Shown here: positions 28,770-37,291 of the stretch, one piece after another
Layout of the letters: every line of letters starts with the position of its first letter
Numbering within the stretch: position 1 is the first letter of the stretch
The notes under the pieces: generated by a model
What the model saw: the letters and a program-made list of their open reading frames with translations, nothing else
Database searches by the model: none
What the model was told of the DNA's origin: nothing
Made by a program: the position numbers and the translations under genes
From: Actinomycetes bacterium
Lineage (GTDB): Bacteria; Actinomycetota; CADDZG01; JAHWKV01
Direction of reading: 5' to 3'
Assembly: GCA_029263035.1 (NCBI GenBank)
Contig: JAJCYF010000057.1
Coordinates: 1 to 39,892, forward strand
Length of the DNA stretch: 39,892 nucleotides

Positions 28770-30442
28770 GGCAAAGGGGCGTCGGTCTTGCGGGTGAAGC
28801 CGGATATCCAGCGGTAGCCGTAGCCGGGAATCCTCACGTTCTTATCGGCGATCTCATCCCCGGGCCCGCTGGATGGGTCGGCCAGCTGCACCTGGAGGTA
28901 CTCGGCATCGGTGCCGGCGAGTTTGCATAGATTGAGGTTGCGGGACTTGTCCGACAGGTTGTGCACCACCAGCACCAGGTTGGTCTCCCAGACGAACCGG
29001 TGCGCCAGGACGTCGTCATAGCCGGTTTCCAGCACCTCGACCGGTCCGTAGCCCACCGCCGTGCTCTGCCTGCGGACCTGAACCAGCCGGCGCATCCAGT
29101 GCAGCAACGAGTCCGGGTCATGCTGCTGGAGCCGCACGTTTACCTGCTTGGGCCCGAAGGGCTCTCCGGCCACGGGGCGGACGAGCTTGAACGACTCTCC
29201 GTTGGAGAAACCGCCGGTCTCGGAGTCGGTCCACTGCATCGGCGTGCGGGCGGGGAGGCGGTCGTCCAGGGTCATGTTGTCGCCCATGCCAATCTCGTCG
29301 CCGTAGTAGAGCATCGGCATGCCCGGGGTTGAGAAGGTAAGGCTGTACAGCAGTTCCAGCCGCTTGCGGTCTCCTTCGAAGATAGGTGCCAGTCGCCGGC
29401 GAATCCCCCGGCCGTAGATGCGCATGTCCTCTTCGGGGGCGAAGGCTTCGAACACCTTTTGTTTCATCTTCTCGTCCAGGGTGTCGAGGTTCAGCTCGTC
29501 GTGAAGCCGGGCGAAGTTCACCCAGCCGCACAGCTCGGGGACTGCAGGCAACTCTGCGAAGTAGTCGTGAAGCGGCTTGGCGGACCCAGTGGCGACGCTG
29601 GCCATCAGGGCGCCGTTCTGCATGAAGTTGAACAGCAGGTGAAGCTCGTGTCCTTTCCCGAAGAACCGGGCTATCTCATGCGGCGGCAGGTTCGCCTCTC
29701 CAAGCAGCACCGCATCCCCCCGCCGGCGCTTCACGAACAGGCAGAATTCCTCGAGCCACTCATGGTGCGGCTCGTTCGGCTTGCCGCTGACCCCTACGGT
29801 TTCGATCATGAACGGGGCCGCATCGAACCGGAAGCCGGCAACCCCCAGCTGCAGCCAGAAGCGCATGATCTGCATGATCTCCTCGCGCACCGCCGGGTTG
29901 GCGAGATTGAGGTCGGGCTGGAAGTTGTGGAACCGGTGGAAGTAGTACTGGCCGGTAGTGGAGTCCTGGGTCCAGTTCCGGTCCTGCAGACCGGGGAAGA
30001 TGATGGCCTCGGCCTCCTCGACCGGCTCGTCCGACCAGACGTACCAGTCCCGGTACTTGGAGTCCTTCGCGGAGCGCGAATCGACGAACCACGGGTGCTC
30101 CTCCGAGGTGTGGTTGACGACCAGGTCGATGATCACCCTGATCCCCCGCTCGTCGGCGGCGTGGATGAAGGCCACGAAGTCGCCCAGCGTTCCGTAGCGC
30201 GGGTCGACGGCGTAGTAGTCGGCGACGTCATAGCCGTCGTCTTCGCCCGGGGTCGGAAAGAACGGCATCATCCAAAGGCAGGTGACCCCGAGCGACTGCA
30301 GGTGGTCCAGTCGCTCGATCAGCCCGCGAAAGTCCCCGACGCCGTCGGCGTTGCTGTCCATGTAGGTCTCGACATCCAGCTCGTAGAGCACGGCGTTCTT
30401 CCACCACAGGTCACCGCTCTCCAGCCGGATGCCGGTGCTCAC
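28766..30442 (-). CDS. GH13 alpha-amylase family protein, trehalose synthase (TreS)-like
   Basis: DLVVNHTS, FRFDAAP, LLGEAN, LHDEL, YYGDEIGMG, RTPMQW. Confidence 0.88.
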   Translation of the reverse strand: MSTGIRLESGDLWWKNAVLYELDVETYMDSNADGVGDFRGLIERLDHLQSLGVTCLWMMPFFPTPGEDDGYDVADYYAVDPRYGTLGDFVAFIHAADERGIRVIIDLVVNHTSEEHPWFVDSRSAKDSKYRDWYVWSDEPVEEAEAIIFPGLQDRNWTQDSTTGQYYFHRFHNFQPDLNLANPAVREEIMQIMRFWLQLGVAGFRFDAAPFMIETVGVSGKPNEPHHEWLEEFCLFVKRRRGDAVLLGEANLPPHEIARFFGKGHELHLLFNFMQNGALMASVATGSAKPLHDYFAELPAVPELCGWVNFARLHDELNLDTLDEKMKQKVFEAFAPEEDMRIYGRGIRRRLAPIFEGDRKRLELLYSLTFSTPGMPMLYYGDEIGMGDNMTLDDRLPARTPMQWTDSETGGFSNGESFKLVRPVAGEPFGPKQVNVRLQQHDPDSLLHWMRRLVQVRRQSTAVGYGPVEVLETGYDDVLAHRFVWETNLVLVVHNLSDKSRNLNLCKLAGTDAEYLQVQLADPSSGPGDEIADKNVRIPGYGYRWISGFTRKTDAPLP

Positions 30443-31407
30443 CGGGCGCCTCCGATCCGGGGCAGCACCTTGTCACCGAAAAAGTCGATGAACTCCTCCT
30501 GGTTCCCGGCGACCTGGTGGACGTTGATGGTGGAGAAGCCCAGTTCGGCGTAACGCTCCAGGTTGTCGGCGTGCCAGGCGGCGTCGGACGAGATGTCGAC
30601 CGTCTTGACGACGTCTTCGGCCCGGATGAATTTGGCCGCCATATCGAAGTGTTCGGCCAGCCGGATGTCCTGCGCCAGCGGGCCGGGCAGCATGTTGCCC
30701 CGCCAGCTTTCCAGCGCCATCTTCTCCGCCGACTCGGTGTCTTCCGCCCAGCAGACGTGGACCTGCAGGAGCAGCGGCTTGTCCCCGCCCTGGTCGGCGA
30801 AAGCCTCGGCGATCGCTCGCAACTGCGGTTCGGGTTGGTTGACGGTGATCAGCCCGTCGGCCCAGGTGCCGGCCCACCTTGCGGTCTCCACCGACAGGGC
30901 GGCGCAGTACAGGGGAGGGGGCTTGGCCGGCAGCGACCAGATCTTCGCCTCGTGGACGGTGACCAGGCCGTCGTGGGTAACCCGCTCGCCGGCAAGCAGG
31001 CGCCGGATGACCGATACACACTCCGCCAGCCGGTCGTTGCGAACCGCCTTGGGGGGCCAGGGCCGGCCGGTGATGTGCTCGTTCATCGCCTCGCCCGAGC
31101 CGAGGGCGACCGAGAACCGCCCGGGGAACATCTCCTCCAGGGTGGCAATCGCCTGGGCGATGATCGCCGGATGGTACCGATCCCCCGGGGCGTTCACCAG
31201 GGTGAAGGGAAGGTCGGTGGCGTGCATGGCGGCACCCAGCCAGGCGAGGGCAAACCCGGACTCTCCTTGTTCGGCTCCCCACGGTTCGATGTGGTCGGAG
31301 GACTGCACCGCCTGGAACCCCGCACCGGCCGCACGGCGGGCCAGGGCCAAAAGGCGGGAGGGGGCAAACTGTTCGTGGGACGCGTGGTAACCAATCTTGA
31401 CGGGCAT
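30439..31407 (-). CDS. LLM-class oxidoreductase (TIGR03885-like)
   Basis: GYHASHEQF, SSDH, LGSGEAMNEHITG; overlaps the start of the GH13 gene. Confidence 0.88.
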   Translation of the reverse strand: MPVKIGYHASHEQFAPSRLLALARRAAGAGFQAVQSSDHIEPWGAEQGESGFALAWLGAAMHATDLPFTLVNAPGDRYHPAIIAQAIATLEEMFPGRFSVALGSGEAMNEHITGRPWPPKAVRNDRLAECVSVIRRLLAGERVTHDGLVTVHEAKIWSLPAKPPPLYCAALSVETARWAGTWADGLITVNQPEPQLRAIAEAFADQGGDKPLLLQVHVCWAEDTESAEKMALESWRGNMLPGPLAQDIRLAEHFDMAAKFIRAEDVVKTVDISSDAAWHADNLERYAELGFSTINVHQVAGNQEEFIDFFGDKVLPRIGGAR

Positions 31408-31642
31408 ACCGAACGGTTACCCGCTGCCGCCGCCACCCAACCCCCGCCCGAGGGAGACCGGTCTTAACAAACCGATGTCCGGCCGTTCACGGATGCGTTA
31501 CGGGCTCGTTCCCCGGTTGTCACAAGCCGCTTACCGATGCGTAACCGCGGCTGCCTAATCTCGTGAACATGGACAACCCGCAGGCGCCGCCTGGACGGGG
31601 GGTCCTCGGGGACAACGGGCATTCGCCCAAAAAGGAGGCCAC

Positions 31643-31717
31643 ATGCACTCGACCACGGATTCCATTTGCGACCGCCGGCCCCGCCGCCGGCGATGTTGGT
31701 GCCGCGTTGGTGGTTGA
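31643..31717 (+). CDS. Putative 24-aa leader peptide MHSTTDSICDRRPRRRRCWCRVGG
   Basis: AAGGAGG SD 4 nt before the ATG; stops 33 nt before the globin start. Confidence 0.4.
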   Translation: MHSTTDSICDRRPRRRRCWCRVGG

Positions 31718-31750
31718 TGCCCCACCGGGGCCTGAAAGGGGACTTTGAGC

Positions 31751-32860
31751 ATGGCAATGCGACGAGAAGATGAAGAGTTCGAAGGCACCACGCTGAACCT
31801 GAGCCCGCTGCTTATGCCGGTGGGCTCGACCGTTACTGCCGACTTCCACCCGCTGGCCGACTTCGCCGGTTTCGGAGAGTACGAGGCCATGGCGGTCGCG
31901 GACACCGGTGAGGACATCGCCTACCTGGCGGACGGACTCGCCGGCGACATTGCCGGCTACCTGGCCGAACGGCCGGAGATTTCGGAGCTCATGCGGTCCG
32001 TGCCCGAACCGGTCGACGTCGCCAAGATCAAGGAGTGGCTGACGGTCACGAGCCAGGGACCACATGACGGTGCGATGTCGGCTTATCTGCGTGAGGCGTC
32101 GCATCTTCCCGGGGGCGGGGCGACCTTTCCCGGGCTGGCCATGGCCCTGCCGCCTCAGATGCTGATCGCATTGGTCGGCTGGGTGGAGGGAAAGATCCTC
32201 GAGGCCCTCGCCGAGGTGAGCGACGAGAGCACGCTGACCGCAGTCGGCGGCGCCTGGATGAATCTGATGATGCTGCAGCTGTGCATCTTCGTCGAGCCGT
32301 ACCTGGAGGAGCCGACGGGGCCGATGAACCACTCGGGCGCCGCCGAGTTTCACCCGTTCGCGGACTTTGCCGGGTTCGGAGTATCGGAGAGCCGGATCCT
32401 AAAGGAGACCGGTCCGCTGCTGGAGCCGGCCGCCGGCGGGGTGATTGCGCTGGCGTACAACTACCTGTTGACCAGGCCGGAGTCGGCGAAGTACTTCGAC
32501 GAGGACGCCCACCTGGCCCAGCGCAAGAAGACGCTCAAAGCCTGGTGGATCCGCAGCACCACCCAGCCGATGGACGGCAAGTTCCACGACTACATGTCGA
32601 AGGTGGCCGACGCCCACGTGCCGGGCGGCGGTACCCATCCGCACGTGGTGATCCCCGCCGACCTGACCATCGCCCTCATGGGCTGGGTGCAGATGCGGGT
32701 GATGACCGCCCTCAACACGATCAGCCTGGACCCCGGCGGCTCGTACGTCTTCGGAACCATGGGCGAGCCGGCCGACACCGCCAACGTGGGCCGGGCCTGG
32801 ATGCGCATGCTGACGCTGCAGCTTGGCATCCTGATGGAGCCCTACCTGTCGAAGAAGTAA
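31751..32860 (+). CDS. Tandem two-domain protoglobin-family protein
   Basis: Internal duplication FHPxADFAGFG...AWMxxxxLQLxIxxEPYL; domain 2 has AYNYL (B-helix Tyr) and YMSKVADAH (proximal His). Confidence 0.78.
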   Translation: MAMRREDEEFEGTTLNLSPLLMPVGSTVTADFHPLADFAGFGEYEAMAVADTGEDIAYLADGLAGDIAGYLAERPEISELMRSVPEPVDVAKIKEWLTVTSQGPHDGAMSAYLREASHLPGGGATFPGLAMALPPQMLIALVGWVEGKILEALAEVSDESTLTAVGGAWMNLMMLQLCIFVEPYLEEPTGPMNHSGAAEFHPFADFAGFGVSESRILKETGPLLEPAAGGVIALAYNYLLTRPESAKYFDEDAHLAQRKKTLKAWWIRSTTQPMDGKFHDYMSKVADAHVPGGGTHPHVVIPADLTIALMGWVQMRVMTALNTISLDPGGSYVFGTMGEPADTANVGRAWMRMLTLQLGILMEPYLSKK

Positions 32861-32878
32861 CCGACCGCGCTCAATTGG

Positions 32879-32906
32879 GGGTCCGGGGAAACCCGGACCC
32901 TCTTTT
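32879..32906 (+). terminator. Intrinsic terminator after the globin gene
   Basis: GGGTCCGGG-GAAA-CCCGGACCC followed by TCTTTT. Confidence 0.8.
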
Positions 32907-32932
32907 GGTGCGGGCCTGCAAGAATTCTCTGC

Positions 32933-33484
32933 ATGAAGCCCTGGCTGGTAGTCGTGTGCGGACCTTCCGGGGGCGGTAAGTCCTCGATCGCCGGGCGCCT
33001 GTCGGAACGCCTGAACATTCCGTTGATCGGCAAGGACGAGTTGAAAGAGGTGCTGTTCGACAGCCTGGGATGGGGGGACCGGGAGCAGAGCCGGAAGTTG
33101 AGCGATGCCGCCTACGAGCTGATGTTCCACCTCGCCGAAAGGCACCTGGCAACGGGCAGTTCGTGCATCCTGGAGGCGAACTTCCGGCCCGAAATGGCCG
33201 AGAGGCTGGCCGCTCTGGCCGAGACCGGCCCGTTAAACGCGGTGACCGTCCGCTGCTCCGCCGATCCGCAGGTGCTGCGGGAACGCCTGAGGCTCAGGGC
33301 CGAGCAGGGGCTGCGCCACCCCGGCCACCTGGACGCTGAGTTGCTGGCGGAGGTCGAAGGTTTGATCGGCGAGGGGTCGGTGGAGCTCGGGGGACCGCTG
33401 CTGGAGGTGGACACGACCGAACCGTCGAGGGTCAACATCGAAGAAATCGCCAGACGGGTCAGGGATTTGACCGGTCGCACATAA
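32933..33484 (+). CDS. P-loop small-molecule kinase (AAA_33-like)
   Basis: GPSGGGKS Walker A, ILEANF, RxxxR lid, RHPGHLD. Confidence 0.85.
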   Translation: MKPWLVVVCGPSGGGKSSIAGRLSERLNIPLIGKDELKEVLFDSLGWGDREQSRKLSDAAYELMFHLAERHLATGSSCILEANFRPEMAERLAALAETGPLNAVTVRCSADPQVLRERLRLRAEQGLRHPGHLDAELLAEVEGLIGEGSVELGGPLLEVDTTEPSRVNIEEIARRVRDLTGRT

Positions 33485-33585
33485 AAAAGGGACCTTGAAC
33501 CGGGCCAAAGCTACAGCGGTCCGCGGGAGGCGGGGGCGATTATGACCTCACTCCGACCCGGTTCAAGATCCGGTACTTGTTGCCC
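33483..33585 (-). ncRNA. Putative sRNA A: long hairpin with C-rich loop and U6 tail, sigma28-type promoter
   Basis: Stem of about 25 bp whose mismatches become G-U pairs only on the minus strand; loop CCCCCGCCUCCC; TTAT-N15-GCCGATAT promoter at 33617-33591. Confidence 0.65.
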
Positions 33586-33683
33586 CATCTATATCGGCAG
33601 GAAGCCGCCGGCGATAAGCACTATTCGTGAATATCATCACTGAGAGTGGTAGGAAAGGTGGCTCAAGCGGCGAGCGAGCCTGG

Positions 33684-33768
33684 AGTAAACAGAGGCCGGA
33701 CCCGAGTGATCGCTGGGGGGCGGGGGTTGTAGTCCACACTCGGGTCCGGCCATCTGAATTTGTTGCTG
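33684..33768 (-). ncRNA. Putative sRNA B: hairpin with C-rich loop, sigma28-type promoter
   Basis: Perfect 15-bp stem 33694-33708/33737-33751; loop CCCCCGCCCCCC; TTAA-N15-GCCGATAA promoter at 33801-33775. Confidence 0.62.
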
Positions 33769-33832
33769 CTCTACTTATCGGCAGAAACTTAACATCGTTA
33801 ACCTGTCATTTCAAAATTGTTCGGTAACCCGG

Positions 33833-33860
33833 GGAACTTGGGTGCGGGGTTCGTCCGTCA
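33833..33860 (+). promoter_or_regulatory. ECF (SigM-type) promoter for the DUF4349 gene
   Basis: GGAAC-N18-CGTCA. Confidence 0.45.
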
Positions 33861-33917
33861 AATGGCCATTCAATCCATGAGCCTAGAACTATGAGCCCTA
33901 GACCAAGGAGCCGGGAA

Positions 33918-34916
33918 ATGCGGAAACGACTGATCGCAGGGATGGCGTTGCTGAGTCTGCTTATTCTGGCGGCCGCCTGCAGCCGGGGCGACGATAGTGC
34001 ACAGACCGAGCTCTCCGGACCGGTCAGGGGTGAGGCGCCCGCCGAGTCATCGGCAGAGGATGGCAAGCTGGCGGCCCCCGACGCCCCCACTGCCGACACG
34101 GATGTGACTCGAGGCGGCTCCGGTGGGAGCGGCGGCGGGGACGGAGGTGGGAGCGGTGCTTTTGCCGGGACTACCAGCGGAGGATCGGATCAAGCGTCCC
34201 TGCCGGGCATCCCGGAGGTTCCGCCGGCCGGCAGCGGGCGGGTTATCAAGAACATCTCGCTGGAGATCGAAGTCAAAGAGGACCAGTTCCAGCGCCAGTT
34301 CAGCCGGGCAGGATCGCTGGCGGAGCAGTTCGGGGGGTTCGTGACCAACTCGCAGGTGAGCGAGACGGACGGCGAGCTGTCCTCCGGCACGCTGACCGTC
34401 CGGGTTCCCTCGGATCGTTTCGAGGAGGCGGTCGGCCGGCTGAAGGACCTGGGCAAGGTGACTGCCGAGGATCGTAGCGGGCAGGACGTTACCAAGCAGT
34501 TCGTCGACCTGGAGGCCCGGCTCAAGCAGGCCAAAGCGGAGGAGGCCTTCTTCCTGCGCCTGATGGACGAGGCCGAAGGCATCTCCGACATGATCCAGGT
34601 GCAAAGCCACCTCTCCGGCGTCCAGCTACGCATCGAGGAGATCCAGGGACAGCTCAACTTCCTGAGAGATCAGACCGCCCTGTCCACCATCTCGGTCCGG
34701 GTTTATGAGCCGGGCGCCCCGGCGTCGGGCAATCCCCAGCCGCTGACCGAGGCGTGGGAGGGTGCGATCGACGGATTCCAGTCGGTGATCGGCAGCCTGG
34801 TGGTGGCGGTCGGGTGGCTGGCGCCCTTCGGATTGATCGCGCTTGCCGGGTTGTTCGTGCTGAAGCTCCGCAACCGGCCGAAGGTGGAGCCGGCGGCGGA
34901 TCCGCCTGCGGCGTAA
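33918..34916 (+). CDS. DUF4349-domain lipoprotein
   Basis: Lipobox LAAAC, Gly-rich linker, LTVRVP, QDVTKQFVDLEARL, C-terminal TM; AGGAG SD. Confidence 0.88.
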   Translation: MRKRLIAGMALLSLLILAAACSRGDDSAQTELSGPVRGEAPAESSAEDGKLAAPDAPTADTDVTRGGSGGSGGGDGGGSGAFAGTTSGGSDQASLPGIPEVPPAGSGRVIKNISLEIEVKEDQFQRQFSRAGSLAEQFGGFVTNSQVSETDGELSSGTLTVRVPSDRFEEAVGRLKDLGKVTAEDRSGQDVTKQFVDLEARLKQAKAEEAFFLRLMDEAEGISDMIQVQSHLSGVQLRIEEIQGQLNFLRDQTALSTISVRVYEPGAPASGNPQPLTEAWEGAIDGFQSVIGSLVVAVGWLAPFGLIALAGLFVLKLRNRPKVEPAADPPAA

Positions 34917-34919
34917 CCG

Positions 34920-34990
34920 AGCGGGTGAGGGGAATCGGACCCCCGCCTGAAGCTTGGGAAGCTTCCGTTCTACCATTGAACTACACCCGC
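34920..34990 (-). tRNA. tRNA-Gly(CCC); CCA not encoded; T-loop variant TCCGATT
   Basis: Acceptor GCGGGTG/CACCCGC, D-arm GTTC/GAAC, anticodon arm GAAGC-TTCCCAA-GCTTC, discriminator U. Confidence 0.93.
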
Positions 34991-35071
34991 GAAGCTGCCC
35001 GACCATAATACCTGGAGCCCGGGGGACGCCTGGTCCGCCCCCGGGATCCAACGGTTATAGGATTGGCTTCA

Positions 35072-35644
35072 ATGATCCTTTCCGACCGAGACATACGCGC
35101 CCAGATCGAGGCGGGAAGAATCAAGATCGACCCGTTCGACCCGGCCCGGGTCCAGCCCTCCTCCCTGGACGTACGTATCGACAACCAGTTCCGGGTTTTC
35201 CACAACCACCGCCACCGGGTGATCGACGTCAAGCAGCAGATGGACGACCTGACAGAGCTGGTCGCCGTCGAAGACGAACCGTTCATGCTCCACCCCGGCG
35301 AGTTCGTCCTGGGGTCCACCCGGGAGTGGGTCGAGCTGCCCGACGACATCGCCGGCCGCCTGGAGGGCAAGTCTTCGCTCGGCCGGCTGGGACTGGTCAC
35401 CCACTCGACCGCCGGGTTCATCGACCCCTCGTTCAAGGGTCACCTGACCCTGGAGCTTTCCAACCTGGCGACCCTGCCGATCACGCTGTACCCGGAGATG
35501 CTGATCGGCCAGATCGCCTTCTTCCAGCTGTCGTCCCCGGCGCAGTCCGGCTACGGAACGGGTGAGCTGCGCAGCAAGTACCAGGGCCAGCGGGGTCCCA
35601 CGCCCTCCCGCTACTGGGAGAACTTCAGCAGCGGGCCTGACTAG
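35072..35644 (+). CDS. dcd: dCTP deaminase
   Basis: [39 protein letters not shown]. Confidence 0.95.
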   Translation: MILSDRDIRAQIEAGRIKIDPFDPARVQPSSLDVRIDNQFRVFHNHRHRVIDVKQQMDDLTELVAVEDEPFMLHPGEFVLGSTREWVELPDDIAGRLEGKSSLGRLGLVTHSTAGFIDPSFKGHLTLELSNLATLPITLYPEMLIGQIAFFQLSSPAQSGYGTGELRSKYQGQRGPTPSRYWENFSSGPD

Positions 35645-36021
35645 CCAGACCGGCTTTACCAGCCCAGCAGGGAGCGGTTGAACTCAGCCCCTTTCGACTC
35701 AGGATGATTGGGTAGTATGGCCCCCAAGCATTCGGTACTTTGGGAGCTATGCAGTATCAGTGCGGTGGTCCAGGATGTCTGAACTGGCGAGACGTACAAG
35801 CCCCGCACCTTTGGCGCTGAATAAGACTGATCTAATTGCCCTTATGTGCCGATACATACTGGACGAATAGGAGGCTGAGGAATAGCATGGCGCTCTCTCT
35901 AGCTGAACTAGGGAGTTTTCTTGTGTTCCTAAGCAACGGATGCGCAGCAAAGCCAGATGCTTGTGGGATTAGAAGTCTGGGTAGTAGATAATTGGTGCCC
36001 GACCCAATGAGGGAGAAGAGC

Positions 36022-36384
36022 ATGAGCGTAACTACAGAGTGGCTGATTGACCGGCCCTCGCCGCAGAGCAACCCTGTTGGTTACGTAGTGCTCAGGTTCA
36101 GAATTTATGAGGACCCAGAGACTGGTTTGTACCAGGGCGAGTGTTTGGATCTCGACGCAGCCAGCTTCGGTGAGTCGGTCGAGGAGGCTCTTGACGCGAC
36201 CATGGAAGCCACTGCACTGTATCTAGAAACCATCGATGACCTTGGTGAACGAGACCGCATCTTCAAGGAGCGAGGAATCGAGATCGTCACTAAGGAGCCA
36301 AGTGACGACACGACTCTTGAAGTCGTGAGTCATCCAAGCGAGATCATTTCCGTCCAGCGACTCGCTGTAGTGGTCGCGGCTTAA
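36022..36384 (+). CDS. HicB-like antitoxin without an obvious DNA-binding domain
   Basis: YQGECLDLDAASFGESVEEALDATMEATALYLE, a HicB RNase-H-like core; alternative start ATG 36007. Confidence 0.8.
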   Translation: MSVTTEWLIDRPSPQSNPVGYVVLRFRIYEDPETGLYQGECLDLDAASFGESVEEALDATMEATALYLETIDDLGERDRIFKERGIEIVTKEPSDDTTLEVVSHPSEIISVQRLAVVVAA

Positions 36385-36387
36385 GCA

Positions 36388-36648
36388 TTGAAGGAGCCCC
36401 CGCCAAGGGGCGAGCGACAAAAAGGCCTTCCACTTCTATCAAGCGGCCAAATCGTTCGAATACTTGAGCTCGCTGGATTTGTTGCGGTTCGTCAGAAGGG
36501 CTCCCACAAGTCGTTCAAGAAGCCGGGGAGCTCCACTGCCGTAGTCCCTATGGGCAAAAAGGTTGTTCCCCAGGGCACTCGAGACCACATCCTCTTACGT
36601 CAAGCGGGTCTGTCGATAAACGAGATTCGTGACCTGATCGACGAATAA
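36388..36648 (+). CDS. HicA-family toxin (mRNA interferase)
   Basis: ILELAGF..RQKGSH..VVPM..GT..ILLRQAGL; catalytic His retained. Confidence 0.85.
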   Translation: MKEPPPRGERQKGLPLLSSGQIVRILELAGFVAVRQKGSHKSFKKPGSSTAVVPMGKKVVPQGTRDHILLRQAGLSINEIRDLIDE

Positions 36649-37175
36649 TGGCGGATCTAGCGGTAATCGCAATCCCAATCGTTAGCTTGCTCATCGGCTG
36701 GACGCTGTCGCAAATTGGAGACGCTCGAAAGGACCGTCGGCAAGCAGCGCGCGACCGCGCTCTGTCAGAGGCCCAATCTGTTGAACGGATAACTGAGCGC
36801 AGAACTGCGTTTCAAAGGGAAACCTTGCTGGCGCTACAGGAGGCCATGGCGGGCTTAGTACGAGCCGCAGGCCGCATCCATTACGAGGACACACTTCAGG
36901 CGCGAGGACGAGCAGCTGGTGAGCCTTGGGGGACAGCAATGGTGACTGAGGAGTTGTCTGAAAGGCATATGGAAATGACCGTTCAGACCAGCAAGCTTCT
37001 CGTGAGGATCGAAGACGTTCAACTAAGGGAGCTAGTCGCGAATTTTGTGACATTTAGCAACGGAGTCGGACGTGCGCGGTCGAAGGACGAATCCCGAAAG
37101 TTGCTTTCTGAAACCATTGAGGCCCACACTTTGGCTACCGAATGCCTCGGGGCCCTCTTACGATCCGTTTACTAA
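36648..37175 (+). CDS. Hypothetical protein with N-terminal TM and helical cytoplasmic domain
   Basis: Hydrophobic residues 3-22; start overlaps the hicA stop (TAATG). Confidence 0.7.
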   Translation: MADLAVIAIPIVSLLIGWTLSQIGDARKDRRQAARDRALSEAQSVERITERRTAFQRETLLALQEAMAGLVRAAGRIHYEDTLQARGRAAGEPWGTAMVTEELSERHMEMTVQTSKLLVRIEDVQLRELVANFVTFSNGVGRARSKDESRKLLSETIEAHTLATECLGALLRSVY

Positions 37176-37291
37176 ATGGGACTCTAATCAACTGGGTCAA
37201 GTGCTAAGACTTTCTGGGGCAGCGAGAGCGGGGGAACCCAGTCGCGCGTGACCCAAGGCGTTTCCCCCTGCCCGCGGCTACGATGGGAATC

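Larger units (their letters stand above)
35690..37200. mobile_element. Low-GC islet carrying hicB-hicA and a TM protein; approximate edges, no integrase seen
   Basis: Visible drop in GC and many A/T-ending codons relative to the flanks. Confidence 0.5.

Noticed and set aside
35747-36071. Short ORFs at the islet's left edge
   Set aside because: No recognisable motif or SD; probably promoter DNA or a remnant
34920-37200. tRNA-Gly as the integration site of the low-GC islet
   Set aside because: The tRNA 3' end points away from the islet, dcd lies between them, and no duplicated tRNA end or integrase was seen
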